DNA of 64,000 nt from Eledone cirrhosa (GCA_964016885.1 OZ024757.1:40548001-40612000); one strand, 5' to 3'; counted from the first letter of the stretch, positions 28,863 through 45,824 are shown. Numbers and translations are program-made. Notes: generated by a model not told the origin, from the letters alone.

Positions 28863-29209
28863 TGTTGGTAGTGATATTATTACACTGAAATGAATAACAG
28901 GAAGAATGCCTGACAAGAAATTCAATTGGATGTGATTAGGCAAATATTTCACACTCATTTATTGTATGAGACACACGATAGAGATTCTGGTTCGTCATAA
29001 ACATGTATAAATTTATATAAACAGCCTTTATATTATTTCAAAATATCTCACTCTATTGTTCTATTCTGTCGGCCTGACTGACTGCCCTGCTGAGTATCTG
29101 ACAATGTGTCTGTCTGTCTGTCTTCCTCTCTAGAAACTTGTTTATATTTGGTTACAGTTTCATGTAAGGACAATGGTGTACTTAGGGTTTGTCTTCCAGT
29201 TTCATGTGA

Positions 29210-29375
29210 AGTCGTGTTGTGAAGGAGTTTGAAGCCTGGTTTCTTGTAGGGTTAGTCGTGTTGTGAAGGAGTTTGAAGCCTGGTTTCATGTAGGGTTAGT
29301 CGTGTTGTGAAGGATTTTGAAGCCTGGTTTCATGTAGGGTTAGTCGTGTAGTGAAGGAGTTTGAAGCCTGGTTTC
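29210..29375. repeat. 44-bp minisatellite, ~3.7 copies
   Basis: AGTCGTGTTGTGAAGGAGTTTGAAGCCTGGTTTCATGTAGGGTT at 44-bp spacing. Confidence 0.9.
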
Positions 29376-29520
29376 TGAATCTCTTTACCATTACCACCGT
29401 CACCACTATCTCCACCACCACCACTACTACCTCCAATACCACTACTACTATAGTGGTAGTGGTGGTGGTGGTAGTGATACTGGTAGCGGTACTGGTGGTC
29501 ATTATTATGGTACCGATAAG

Positions 29521-29930
29521 GGCGGTGAATTGGCAGTATCGGTAGAGGGCTGGACGCCATGCTTTCTAGCATAGTTACGTCCCTTTACAGTCTGAGTTCA
29601 AATCCCGCCGAGGTTAACTTTGCCTTTCATCCTGATGAGGTCGATAAAATAAAGTACCAGCAATGTACTGGGTAATTGCTGGCCTTGTGCCTAAAGTAGA
29701 AACAATTATTATGGTAATGATGGTGGATTATGGTAATGGCGGTGGATTGGCAGTGTCGGTAGAAGGTCGGACCCCATGTTTTGACGCATAGAGTTACGGC
29801 CCTTGCCATTCTGTGTTCAAATCCCGCCGAGGTTAACTTTGCCTTTCATCCTTACGGGGTCGATAAAATAAAGTACCAGTAATAAATTGGGGTAATTGCT
29901 GGCCTTGTGCCAAAAGTAGAAACAATTATT
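29521..29930 (+). mobile_element. Two tandem near-complete tRNA-derived SINEs (family 2)
   Basis: Each has TGGCAG..TCGG (A-box-like), GTTCAAATCCC (B-box), GAGGTTAACTTTGCCTTTCATCC..GGTCGATAAAATAAAGTACCAG and the tail GGCCTTGTGCC..AAGTAGAAACAATTATT; copies at 29521-29711 and 29738-29930. Further fragments at 30505-30620 and 53455-53543. Confidence 0.85.
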
Positions 29931-31079
29931 ATGGTAATGATGGTGGTGGTAGTGGTATTGATGACGGTGGTGGTAGTAGTACTGGTGGTAGTAGTACTGG
30001 TGGTAGTTATGGTGGTACCGGAGACGTAGTGGTTTTGTTAGTTGTGATGGTTGTGGTGCTGGTAGTGATAGTGATAATGGCGGTAGTGGTGGTGTTAGTT
30101 GTGATGGTGGTGGCAGCGGTAGTGGTACTGGTGGGGGTGGTAGTGGTAGTAGTGGTATTGGTGGTGGTGGTATTGGTGGTGTTGGTAGTGGTGGTGTTGG
30201 TGGCAGCGGTAATGGTACTGGTAGTAGTAGTGGTATTGGTGGTGGTGGTAGTACCAGAGACGTGCTAGTAACACGTAACTGAAAGAATTAATAAATCAAT
30301 AGCTCGGAGGTATAATAGTTTATATGAGTGACGAGACAAACAACCTCCAGTAAGAGATGGAACTACAACAACAACTGCAACATATACTACTACAACAACT
30401 ACAATAACAACTACTACAACAACTACAACAAGAATAACAACAACAATAACAATAACCATAACAACAATAATAACTATGTCTGCTAGAGTTACATTATTTA
30501 CATGGATTGGTAGTATCTGTAGAGGGTCGGACGACTAGCTTTGCAGCAGTCGAAAAATAAAGTACCAGTAATGTACTGGTATAATTGCTGGCCTTGTGCC
30601 AAACGTAGAAACAAATATTTACAATAATGGCAAGAAAAGTCATAACAACAACGATAACAACAATAACAACAACAACAACTACTACAATTACAGCAACAAC
30701 GATAACAACAACAACAACCACAATTACAGCATCAACAACAACGATAACAACAACAACTACAACCATTACAGCAACAACAACAACAACCACTACCAAAACT
30801 GCCACTACTACTACAATAGCTACCACATCTACTATAACAACTACTACCATATCTATTGCAACAACAACAACTACAACATCTACAACAACTATAACTACTA
30901 CTACAACAACAACTATAACTACTACTACAACAACAACTACTACTACAACAACAACTACTACAACTCTACTATAGAGAGAGAAAACAATTCATTTCTTAAT
31001 GGATTCTGATAGAGACATGCCTAAAACTAGAGAATTCTTAATTTCGTTTTTAAAATCTAAACTCTTATCTCAACCACCA

Positions 31080-31460
31080 CTCTCACCACCGTCTTGCTAC
31101 ACCCTCACCGCCATCTTGGTACAGCTTCACCGCCATCTTGCTACAGCCTCACCGCCATCTTGCTACACCCTTACCGCCACCTTGCTACACCTTCACCGCC
31201 ATCTTGCTACACCCTCACCGCCATCTTGCTACAGCCTCACCGCCATCTTGCTACACCCTCACCACCATCTTGCTACACCCTCACCACCATCTTGCTACAC
31301 CCTCACCACCATCTTGCTACACCCTCACCACCATCTTGCTACAGCCTCACCACCATCTTGCTACAGCCACCCCGCCATCTTGCTACAGCCTCACTGGCAT
31401 CTTGCTACACCCTCACCACCATCTTGCTATAGCCACCCCACCATCTTGCTACAGCCACAC
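31080..31460. repeat. 22-bp minisatellite (CCATCTTGCTACACCCTCACCG), ~17 copies
   Basis: Directly visible; explains the repetitive ORFs at 30999-31917. Confidence 0.93.
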
Positions 31461-31969
31461 CACCAGCTCCCGACACCCAACCCATCTCTCTACACCCACC
31501 CTGTCTTTCTCAAGACTCCCACCCCCCCTCTCCGCCATATCTTCCTCGCTGCTTGTTTTTTTATTTGTTATTTCTTCTCTCTCCTCCCCTTCTATCTGTC
31601 TCTCTCTCAGTCTCGCCCTCTCCAACTATATGTATATATTATATATATGTATATATATAGTTCCCATTATCCTCTATCTATCTATCATAATTCCTCTCTC
31701 TCTTTACTCTCTCACACTGACGTCTTCTCTTTCTAATTTACAATCTTTCTTCTTCCCCCCCCTCTCTCCAGTCCTCTATCTCCTTTGCTACACCTCTCTC
31801 TCTAGTCCTCTATCTCCTTTCTCCCTCTCTCTCTGTCTGTCTCATGTTATGAACTGTTCTCAACTAATATATATTTCATTTTTATTATTTTCTTACACAT
31901 TCTATTACTTTCTTTAATTCATTATTCACGTCGTGTCTCTACGTCGTCTTGTATCTGTCATACATGTGT

Positions 31970-31972
31970 ATG

Positions 31973-32033
<61 letters not shown>

Positions 32034-32108
32034 ATATATGTATATATATATATGCATACATATATATATATATATATATATGCATACATATATATATATA
32101 TATATATG

Positions 32109-32149
<41 letters not shown>

Positions 32150-32287
32150 GCATATATATGTATATATATATATATATGCATACATATATATATATATGCA
32201 TACATATATATATATATAGACATATACATACATATACATACACTTACATATATATATATATACATATACATACATACACATATACAT

Positions 32288-32319
<32 letters not shown>

Positions 32320-32385
32320 ATATACATACATACACATATACACATACATACACACATACATACATATATATATACACACATACAT

Positions 32386-32418
<33 letters not shown>

Positions 32419-32697
32419 CATACATACACATATACACATACATACACACATACATACATATATATATACATACATATATATACACATACATACATACATA
32501 TATATATATACATATAAATATACATACATATACATATATATATACATACATATACATATATATATACATACATTTACATATATATATACATACATATACA
32601 TATATATATATACATACAAATACATATATATATATACATACAAATACATATATATATATACATACAAATACATATATATATATATACATACAAATAC

Positions 32698-32731
<34 letters not shown>

Positions 32732-32867
32732 ACATACATATACATATATATATATACATACAAATACATATATATATATATATACATACAAATACATATA
32801 TATATATATACATATACATACAAATACATATATATATATATACATATACATATATACATACATATAC

Positions 32868-32898
<31 letters not shown>

Positions 32899-33085
32899 CA
32901 TATACATATACATACATATAAACACATATATATACATACATATACATACATATATATATAAACATATATATATACATACATATACATATACATACATATA
33001 TATATATAAACATATATATATATAACACACATACATATATATATATACACACATACATTCATATACATATATATATATGTGTGTG
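31970..33085. repeat. (TA)n/(TACA)n microsatellite block
   Basis: Directly visible. Confidence 0.95.
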
Positions 33086-33119
33086 TAAATGGCAAAGAGA
33101 AGTAAAAAAGCAAACGACA

Positions 33120-33260
33120 TAGTACAGTATGAAATATATTATTAGTTTTACACTTTGATATAGTAGGAAAAGAGACTGAACGTTTCGGATGCTAGTTCTT
33201 CATCAGAAGAAAGAAGGAGAAATATTTAGAAGAAATACAAAGATTGAGAAGACAGACAAG
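33120..33260 (-). mobile_element. Degenerate family A element with hammerhead core
   Basis: AACGTTTCGGATGCTAGTTCTTCATCAGAAGA (33179-33210): core boxes intact, stems eroded. Confidence 0.65.
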
Positions 33261-33429
33261 TATGAAACGTAAAGTGGTATGGTGTGATATAACGTGATGT
33301 GATGTTATGTAATGTGATGTGGTATGGTGTGATATAACGTGATGTGATGTTATGTAATGTGATGGGGGTATAATCTGATGGTATCCGTCATAAATGGAGT
33401 TCAAAAGAACATAAGTACAAAAGAACAGA

Positions 33430-34200
33430 CGGCTAGAATGTGTCACAGCCCGCTATATCTATAATATGTTAAGTGATATATTGTCTGACGTGATGTGACG
33501 AGATTTCACCAATACGGACAGCTAACATTTTCTAGAGTCGCCCCTCAATCTACTAAGTGTTAGCAAGTGATATATGGTCTAACGTGAAGTGACGAGATTT
33601 CACGAGATTTGATGTTATATGGTGTGTTGTGGTGTGATGTGACGTTACACGCAATAGACAAAGGTTCAACATATAGACGGCTAACATTTGCCAAAGTTCC
33701 CCTTCAATCTATTAAGTGTTAGTACGTGATCTATGGTCTAACGTGAAATGGCGAGAGTTGATGAGATCTGATGTTGTATGGTGTGATGTGATGTTATGTG
33801 ACATTGCACGTGACAAATACAATTTCAACATAAAAGACGGCTAACATTTGCCAGAGTCCCCTCTCAATCTACAATGTGTTAGCAAGTGATATATTGTCTA
33901 ACATGAAGTGACGAGACATTATGTGACCTGTTATCGTATGGCGTGATGTCATGTGACGTTACACGTCATGGATGAAGACTCAACTCTAAAAACTTAACAT
34001 TTGACATAGGCCACATGAGTTAAATGTTAAATCGTCTGACATCCGACATAATGTGACGTGATTTCAACAATATGGACGACTAAAATTATACAGAGTCCCC
34101 GCCGCCCTTTCACTCTACACAATGTTTTCGTAAAAGTTATATGATCTGACGAGATGTGATGTGATGTCATGTGATGTGACGATATGCGATGTATCGTAGC
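33430..34200. repeat. Diverged ~160-bp tandem repeat rich in GTGAT/GTGAC
   Basis: GAC.GCTAACATTT at 33517, 33676 and 33836; degenerate copies on both sides. Confidence 0.75.
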
Positions 34201-34916
34201 GAGATGTGGTATGATGTTAACACACTATTGACGCGAACAAAAGCAATCACTACATATTCTATCATTAGATAAGTAAGAATGTCAAGTCAAATTTATGTAT
34301 CTTCTACTCTCACTGTCGAGTCAAAATATCTTTAGATTGGCCTGAAGATATTTACACAATGGCACTGAATATACCAGAGATATTTATGGCGAGGAAATTA
34401 CAGTTTTTTTCTTCCTATGGAGTGAAATGGAGAAAATAAAAGAACAGTAAAGAAAAAGAAAAAAAAAGAAGGAGCACAATTATAAAGAAGAAGAAGAAGA
34501 AGAAGAAGAAGAAGAAGAAGAAGAAGAAGAAGAAGAAGAAGAAGAAGAAGAAGAAGAAGAAGAAATATACGAAGGAGAAAAAGAAGAAAGAAAAAAGACA
34601 GATCACGAAAGAGAAATAAGAAAGAAAAAAGACAGATGACGAAAGAGAAAGAAGAAAGACGAAGAAATAAGAAAAGAAACAACGAAAATACAAAAAAGTA
34701 AAAATTCTATTGTCGTAATTGCTTCGGTGGAGAAAGTGAGAAAGTTTGTGAAAAGATTTTCATTATGATCTTCCATAAGTTCTTTCAACTAGAGAATAGA
34801 TGCATAATGCCTTATGGCGGCCCATAACAATTTCCCATCCTTCACTTCCCATAAGGTTAAATCTCCGATACTACACACACGCGCGTGTGTGTGTGTGTAT
34901 GTGTATGTGTGTGTGT

Positions 34917-34995
<79 letters not shown>

Positions 34996-35671
34996 TGTGT
35001 ATGTGTGTGTGTGTGTGTGTGTATGCATACATAGATACATATATATATATATATATATATATAAAGAATCTTGCTGAACAAATTCAGAAACGAAATATAT
35101 ATATATATATAGAGAGAGAGAGAAAGTGAAAGAAAGAGAAATAGAGAGACAAACACAGACACACACAGACACACATATATATACATACACACGTACACTA
35201 ACATAATTAGAACGGGCACTGTAGTAGAGTGACAGTCACAGACACAAAGAAACTAAAATAGAGTAGAAAATAGAAAGAGAGGAGAGAAGAAAGTTACAAT
35301 AGCCGAAGACACAAACAACAACAACACAATTGATATACAATGGCAGAGTATAATGGAGGTTACAAAATGGCGGAATTATATCGCAAATTGTATCGTTTGA
35401 CAAGAGAAAGCACTCCGGTGAGATAATTACGCAATAGATACAAGTGAACAATTAAAATAGCTGCTCTTACTTATACTAGAGTCGGCATTTTGGTATTTTA
35501 GTTATTTTCATGTTATTTCAATTGTCAACTACAGAAAACCTAATACATTGTCACGTCTCTTCCTGGATTTCCAATGATTCTATTAGTTAAACGAATTAGT
35601 TGTATAAGTCTAGAGTTAGCCATTTTTTTAATTTGTATATAGCTTCTTCGTGCACTACGCGTATCATAATG

Positions 35672-35702
<31 letters not shown>

Positions 35703-35721
35703 CATTCAGATATAATCATCG

Positions 35722-35765
<44 letters not shown>

Positions 35766-35818
35766 TATATGCAGGTATATAAGTATGCACTTATGTGTAT
35801 ATTTAGGTGTGTATAATA

Positions 35819-35873
<55 letters not shown>

Positions 35874-36209
35874 TATATATACGTATGTCTATACATATGT
35901 ATACATGTATATACGTGTTGAAATAGTTATTCCTATTACAGTATGTGGAAAAACAATTTTTCATCACCAATTTATAATTAACCATCAAAAGTTTTCTATA
36001 ATAATTGTTATCCATGTGATTTACACATGGCAGCCATGATGGTTATATTGTTACGGCTGACTTGAGATATAGTTATGGGGGAGGCGTGTTCTTTGATGCA
36101 GGGAAAGATTTAGTCTGCGGAATCATCACATTTCCTTTGGGAATAAGCAACGAAAAATATATTTTATGAGATTTCATATCAGTAATATATATATTTCTGG
36201 TTTAATTAT

Positions 36210-36264
<55 letters not shown>

Positions 36265-36944
36265 CATACATAGGTATATTTTTGTATATATATATATATG
36301 TGTAAGTAAAAGGTAAACAGAAATAACACACTATCGGTACAGTATATGGAAGGGATATATATATATATATATATACATATTTATATATATATACATGTAT
36401 GGTAAATTTCTTTAAGTCGTTTGGAAGCCTCGACAATGCAGATGGGTAACTCTCCGAGTAACCAGATCCGGTGGTGGAGAGAGAGAGATGTAAGTGGGTG
36501 TACGTTGAGATGCGTGGCGTGTATAAGACTGTAACGTGTAGAGGAATGAAGGATGAAGGAAAGAGCGTAAAGGATAACAATAAAAATAACAACACGAGAA
36601 AGAGTTACCTTGGGAGAGATTTAATTGTCCCTATATATTTCGGATTCACATCCATCAACTGGGGTTTTTTTCGGGGGGGGGGGGGGGTAGGTTTGTGTAT
36701 GTATACACACACACATATGTACATATATGTAATAATAATTAAAACATAAATATATGAAGACGATACTGACACCGATGTTTTTTGTATATAAATATGTCGG
36801 AAAAACTATAAATCGGCCTCTGTACTTAAGTATACAGTATCTTTCACCTGATTATGATATCATATTTGACTGGCCACCATCCCGGTGGCAAGACAAAAAA
36901 TGTGAAATCGTTCTTTGTGAAACCACTCACTCACTCTCTCTCTC

Positions 36945-36979
<35 letters not shown>

Positions 36980-37368
36980 AATATATATATATATAAATGT
37001 ATGTGTACAGATGGATGGGTGTATATACGGAACCTGCAACTCCAGGAAGTTTGTATAGAATTGGTGTATTGATATGAATATATAGATAGAGATACATATG
37101 GGTTGAAGTCATTTCTTTTTACCAATTCATTGTAAAAGAAAGCATATATTATACATGTAAAGTATGCATGTATATAATGTATACTAATAATGATTTTAGA
37201 AATATGTATTTATATTTATGCACACATATATCTATATACACACACACACTCACAGACACATACTCACACAAACAGAGACCTATACAAGTGAACAGAAACA
37301 AATATATATATATATATACACATAAATATATATACATATATATATATTATATATATACATACACATTT

Positions 37369-37405
<37 letters not shown>

Positions 37406-38418
37406 AATCTCTATGTATATCTTATATATATACATTAATATATATATTACATGTAATTATATACATATATATGTATATGTATATATACATATATATACAT
37501 ATATATATATAGATATAACTTAAAAGAGAATTATATGAAATCGATTCGATCTCCATGTAGTGCTCTCATCAATCGTCATAGAACACTTACTTCACAATAA
37601 GTAACAAGACACATATGATGCATTCAGAAGTGGGAATAATACATAACAAAAACAGACTAAAATTTTCTTTGGAAAAATATTACAAAAATTAAAAAAAATA
37701 AAATAAAAAAAGATGAAGTAAAATACAAAAAAAAAATATAATGCAAATAAAATACAATACAGATAAAAAAAAACCGTTTTTGTTTTTTGCTCTTTTTTTT
37801 TACGTGAAATCTAGAATTACTTGGTGTGAACTAAAGACGGCAGAATGATTTTATATCAATGGGAAAATATGGAGGATAAATTCACATCAATTTAATATAA
37901 ATTTATGTGTAGACATTCAGTTATTTGGATGCTGAATGATAAGTATGAATGTAGAAATCAATATTACGAAAGCTGAAGGCGAGTGCTATATATTATCGGG
38001 GATCGACCAATAATAAATCAGGTCTTAGAATTATAGCAGGTCTTAGAATTATAGGAATTGTCCAAAAGATTCCACAATAGAAACATTTAACTGTTCTATA
38101 TATATGTCAATAGTTTCACCACATTTTTTGTGTGGAGGGTGTGTGTGTGTGGGGGGGGGGGGGGGAGGGGGGTGTTCTTAATTTTATTCTTTGTGCCTTT
38201 TGTCAGCTTCCCAAAACCCCAGCCCCGCATCTATCACACGTTCTCGTCTCATTCTAATTCATTCTAGGCTTTTTTTTCTTTTTTTACATATAAGGGGAAC
38301 TAGATACATTTCTATGTCTGTCATGGCGTCCCAACATGTAAGTAGAAACGCAAATATGTTCTAGTACATGAAGGGGCAACTTAACTATTTTCAATATATA
38401 TTTATATATATATATATT

Positions 38419-38451
<33 letters not shown>

Positions 38452-38454
38452 ATT

Positions 38455-38485
<31 letters not shown>

Positions 38486-38544
38486 ATATTTATATAAATG
38501 AGTTATAAATATAAATATATATAAATATATATATGTACACACAC

Positions 38545-38628
<84 letters not shown>

Positions 38629-38826
38629 TATACACACACATATATATATATGTATATATATACACATAATTATTGCGCTACAATAAAACTCACCTCCTAC
38701 ATATATACACATATATATACGTGTATATATATATAAACATAAATATAACTATATATTTAAATATATATAAATATATAAATATATATATATATATAAACAT
38801 ATATAAATATATATATGTACACAGAC

Positions 38827-38877
<51 letters not shown>

Positions 38878-39177
38878 TATATATATCAGTGTTTAAATAT
38901 ACATAAAATGTATTTTCTCACATTCTATCAAATGTTGTTTTTTTTCACTAAAGCCAGCAGCATGCCAGCTAAGTTGAAGCAAAGCAAAAGCGAAAGTAGA
39001 ATCAAAAGCAAAAGCAAACGCCAGCTAGTAGCTTTGCTTTCGTCATATGAATCATTACTCAGTCTATCTCCCCTGTTTATTTGTAAGTACAAGATGTATT
39101 AGATTTGATATTCTGCGGAGACTTTTTTCAATAGCCAAGCAGAACAAGAACAAATAAACGTAAAAAAAAATGAATAA

Positions 39178-39285
<108 letters not shown>

Positions 39286-39466
39286 ATTTAAAAATATATA
39301 AATATATAAAACGTATTGCCACAATGACGTCTAGAAATCGATAAATCAATACGAGAGAGATACCCGATGGACAAAACGTATAGCTAAATACACACCATAG
39401 TTGTCTACCAGAGCATGGAACTTATAACAGAATTGTGACTGCTGTTAAGTTCCGAAGTATAGATAG

Positions 39467-39608
<142 letters not shown>

Positions 39609-39747
39609 GAAAACAGTGAGAAATAGACGAATAATAGGAAGAAAAATATATTTATATATACACATATATATATTATATCTATCTATATATCTGTATAAGT
39701 ACAAACACATATATATTCGCATGTATTTATATATATATATCTATATT

Positions 39748-39816
<69 letters not shown>

Positions 39817-40138
39817 AATCCATTACTATTCTTATTACTGTTATAGCTGATTTTTTTTTATATAACGGTGGAATATTCAAAACTTTATATATATATACAT
39901 TGTATAAGTGTCTGTGAGTGTATGTAAACGAAAACATAACCCACCACCGCCGCCACCCATTCAGACAGGACTCCCATAGAGAGAGTGTATATATATTTAT
40001 AGATGTATTCTTGGTAAATATATCTAAACATGAAAGATGAGAGAGATGGACAAATGTGTAAGCAAGACGGGAAGACTGTCAACAGTTACAAAGTATTGAG
40101 ACCGATATTGCGTTCTGGACTTTTCGGAGCGTTACACG

Positions 40139-40198
<60 letters not shown>

Positions 40199-40361
40199 GT
40201 ATATATAAGTATATATACATACATATAAATATATATATACTACTCATACATACAAGTATATGTATATCGATATATGTTTATATATATTTACGTGTATATA
40301 AGTATATTTATATACTTATATATAAGTATATATATAAGTATATTTATATACTTATATATAA

Positions 40362-40414
<53 letters not shown>

Positions 40415-40608
40415 TATATATATATATATATATATAAGTATATATATATATATATATAAGTATATAAGTATATATATATATAAGTATATAAGTATATATA
40501 TATATATAAGTATATATATATAAGAATATATATATATATATATAAGTATATATATATATAAGTATATATATGTATAAGTATATATATATATAAGTACATA
40601 TACATAAG

Positions 40609-40642
<34 letters not shown>

Positions 40643-41212
40643 TATATAAGTGTATATTTATATATATATATATACTTATATATAAGTGTGTATATATATA
40701 TATATTTATATATATATATAAGTATATGAATAAGTCTATATATGTAAATATTTACATATATATATGTAAATATTTACATGTATATATGCGTGTATGTATG
40801 CTTGAAAGTATTGAAGGATTTGTAACAAACTTTTGCTAGTGAAAAATATCAACTATCCCGCTAGTTGCAGTGAAAAGATCTTCAATTATCTGTTTCCAAC
40901 ACAATGCGAAGCCACTCCGATATAATTTGGACTGTATTCAGGCAGAAGTATATCACATAGGTTCACACGCACGTCTGTGTAAACGTACACACGTGTGTAT
41001 TTATATAGTCGTACCTACTTACATACACGCACATATATATACATATACTTACAGAGAAACTCATGTATATATATATATATATATTTTTGTAAGTATGTAC
41101 GAATATATGTATATATATATATACTTACAGAGAGTCACACACACATATATATATAAGTATATACATGCTTACACTCATATATATATTTATACACACATCT
41201 CTCTCTCTCTCT

Positions 41213-41267
<55 letters not shown>

Positions 41268-41689
41268 TTACATGCATCAATACGTACAAACACACGGTTA
41301 TTTATGTTAGATAGATATACGTGAGCGTAGCTGTGAATCATCAATCACATCTTCATATGGTGGATAAGAGGAAACACATCAAGATGATGGTATGCTATGG
41401 AATTAAACGTAATCGTATGCATGAATAAGCAATCGCAGACAGCACAGCTGCAGGTCCTTCGGATGCGTTGACCTGAAACCTGGAAACCTTTCCTCTATAC
41501 AATGGGGCAAATATTCTAAGTGTGACTTGAATTAGGTTGAATCAAGGCCAACCGAAAGCCGTTTCCCCTGTCCTGTTGTTGTTGTTATTGTTACAACTCT
41601 CACTTATGCAGTTTTATCTGGCCTCCTCCAAGGTATATCTCGTTGGAGGTGTCTTGAGTGATTTAATGATAGGGACCCCAGTCTTATCA

Positions 41690-41832
41690 TCTCATTTCTA
41701 CAGCTGAGTAAACTGGAGCAACGTGAAATAAAGTGCCTTGCTCAAGAAAACAACACATCACTCGGTCCGAGAATTGAACTCACAACATTTCGATTGCAAG
41801 CCCAATGCTCTAACCACTAAGCCATGCGCTTT
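41690..41832 (-). mobile_element. tRNA-derived SINE family 1 (well preserved head and CORE-like domain)
   Basis: Minus strand TGGCTTAGTGGTTAGAGC (A-box), GAGTTCAATTCTC (B-box), CTTGAGCAAGGCACTTTATTTCACGTTGCTCCAGTTTACTCAGCTGTAGAAATGAG. Confidence 0.85.
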
Positions 41833-41965
41833 CACCATGTATTTTCCTCTGTCCTGGGGTAATTGATAATTACTATAGTAAATATTTCGGCTGAAGTTAA
41901 GAAATCTACTCCAGCAAACAAAACACTCACGTGTCATACGATGTGAGAGATTCTAAGAAAGTAGA

Positions 41966-42036
<71 letters not shown>

Positions 42037-42142
42037 TACATATATATATATATTTATATATATTTATATGTATATTCTCTTACTTAATCTTATATATACA
42101 CACATATATAACTATATATATATATTTAGATATAGATATATG

Positions 42143-42192
<50 letters not shown>

Positions 42193-42216
42193 TAACTATA
42201 TATATTTATATATATG

Positions 42217-42274
<58 letters not shown>

Positions 42275-42684
42275 TATGTATACACACACACACATATATA
42301 TACATATATATATATATGTATACATACACATATATATGTATACACACACAGATATACACATATAAATACACACACATATATATATATATTTAGATAGGTG
42401 TACAACAAGTACATTTTAAAAATATTCTTTCTACATTACATCAATAATAAACGTACATATAAACATATAAACACATGAATATAAAAAGACAATAAAATAA
42501 GACAGGCTTAATGGAGAATTTAAATAACTTTTCAAAATTCTTTACGTTTGATGACGGATTTAAATAAAGCCTGCTGTGGAAATTGATTTCACGTTTTGAT
42601 TGAAATAAAAACTTAAAACTTGACGAAATTACAGCAAATATATTATGGTTTTCATTTTCAGATGCTGTGAAAGATATTTAGGCT

Positions 42685-43560
<876 letters not shown>

Positions 43561-43563
43561 TGT

Positions 43564-43677
43564 AATAATTGTTTCTGCTTTTGACACAAGGCCAGCAATT
43601 ACCCCTGTGTATTACTGGTACTTTATTTTATCGACCCGTAAGGATGAAAGGCAAAGTTAACCTCGGCGGCAGTTGAA
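43564..43677 (-). mobile_element. SINE family 2, 3' part
   Basis: Reverse complement of 29815-29930. Confidence 0.8.
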
Positions 43678-44867
43678 TACATATATTACATATATATGTA
43701 ATAATAACAATATTATTTATAGTTACATATACACTATATACAATTCTAAACAGGAAAGGTTAGTCATTTATTACTACCTGATTACCAGTAAGAAAAATAG
43801 CTCAATGTTAGAACATCAGATGTTTTACAGAGCAGGAATATAAATTACACATAATCAAAACTATGTTCAAATCATTTTATTGCTGACAATCGTTTCTTCC
43901 ATACTTTCGTTTGGGATCCTCGAGGCACTAGCAAAGTTTGGACATATAATTAACTTCCTATCCAACTGAACAATCATATAGATACATGGATATTAGTGTT
44001 GTCATCAACAGTTTCGTATTTACAGAGTAGAATGGATGTGGTAGAGATTACAAGAGAACTGTATAATAATTAAAGAGGCACAGAGTGGAATGCATGTGAC
44101 AGAGATTAAAAGAGAATAGTATAATAAATACAGCAGTATAGAGAGTGTAAATGCGTTAGGCATATACAGGACAGCTAGGTAGGAAACAAGCAATGTTACT
44201 AGGTATATATAATTACTGTATGGCAAAGGTATCACATAAAATAACATAGGTTTACAAGCATATCAAGCAGGCAAAGGTGTTTGTGTATTAAAATTATGAG
44301 TTTATGGTGGATGTAGTGTGATAATTGTTTCTGTAATGTTCAAATGTACATGTGTTGAGAGTATTATTATTATTGTTATCTTGTCCATTACATTGGTTAT
44401 ATTTTATTTTAGTGAGTGTTTATAATAAGATACAGCTATGGATTGTATATTGGTCCTAGTATACTGTTATCCCGGGTTCTAGTTGTTCTGCAGTGATTCT
44501 TCTAACGGTTTAATTTCCGGTTTAATATATATGTACGTAAGCACTGCTCGATAGAATTAATTAATAATTGTTAATAATGGTATATCGTGCAATGGCCATA
44601 CTCGATAACGAGGTGGCAGCCATCATCATAATGTATATACATATATATACATGTTTATATATATATATTATATATACATATATATATGTTTATATACATA
44701 TATATATGTATATATGTATATATAATATATATATATGTTTATATGCATATATATATATTATATACATATACAAACACACACACACATACACATGTGTGTG
44801 TGTGTGTGTGTGTCTGTGTGTGTGTGTGTGTGTCTGTGTGTGTCTGTGTGTCTGTGTGTCTGTGTGT

Positions 44868-44954
<87 letters not shown>

Positions 44955-45179
44955 TGGCATGATTTAGAAAAGGAATCTTACTTACTTTACTGAAACCTCG
45001 AACAGAACAGCAACATTTCAAGAAAGTGATCTTCTCTCTGTCAAAATTAAAGAAATATTTTTCTAAATGTTGCCTCCTTTATAAATACTTTGTTATTTAC
45101 AAATAGGGAGAAATCTCCCTCTCTCTCACAAAATATATATATATATATATAGATAAATAAATACGTGTGTGAGAGAGAG

Positions 45180-45229
<50 letters not shown>

Positions 45230-45318
45230 CTCTGTGATTTGTAAATGAAAATATCGTATTTAAAAATAAAGAATTTATGTATCTACAAATATATATATAC
45301 ATACATATAAATGTGTGC

Positions 45319-45365
<47 letters not shown>

Positions 45366-45525
45366 TACATATATAACACGTTTGGGTTTAGCTCATATCT
45401 AACCAGCGTGTGGTAATTTTTCTTTCGCAATATATTCAAATGTGTATTCATTTAATTGTGTGTATATCTTTATCTTTGAAGTTATCAAGTACTTCCGCAT
45501 GTATGTATGTATGAACTTATGCCTG

Positions 45526-45605
<80 letters not shown>

Positions 45606-45762
45606 TATGCATGTATGAGCTTATGCCTGTCTATATGTGTGTATATATATATATATGTGTGTACGTATGCATGTATCAACTTATGCCTGCATATATGTGT
45701 GTATATAATATATATATATATGTGTAAGTATGCATGTATGAGCTTATGCCTGTATATATATA

Positions 45763-45824
<62 letters not shown>

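Noticed and set aside
29632-29660. CTGATGAGGTCGATAAAA as a hammerhead core
   Set aside because: It is a point variant of the SINE body (CTTACGGGGTCGATAAAA in other copies); no stem II or GAAA box.
30999-31917. Repetitive Cys/His-containing ORFs
   Set aside because: Translation of a 22-bp minisatellite cycling through all three frames.
41760-41832. Functional tRNA gene
   Set aside because: The A/B boxes run straight into the SINE body with no acceptor stem or terminator; it is a SINE head.
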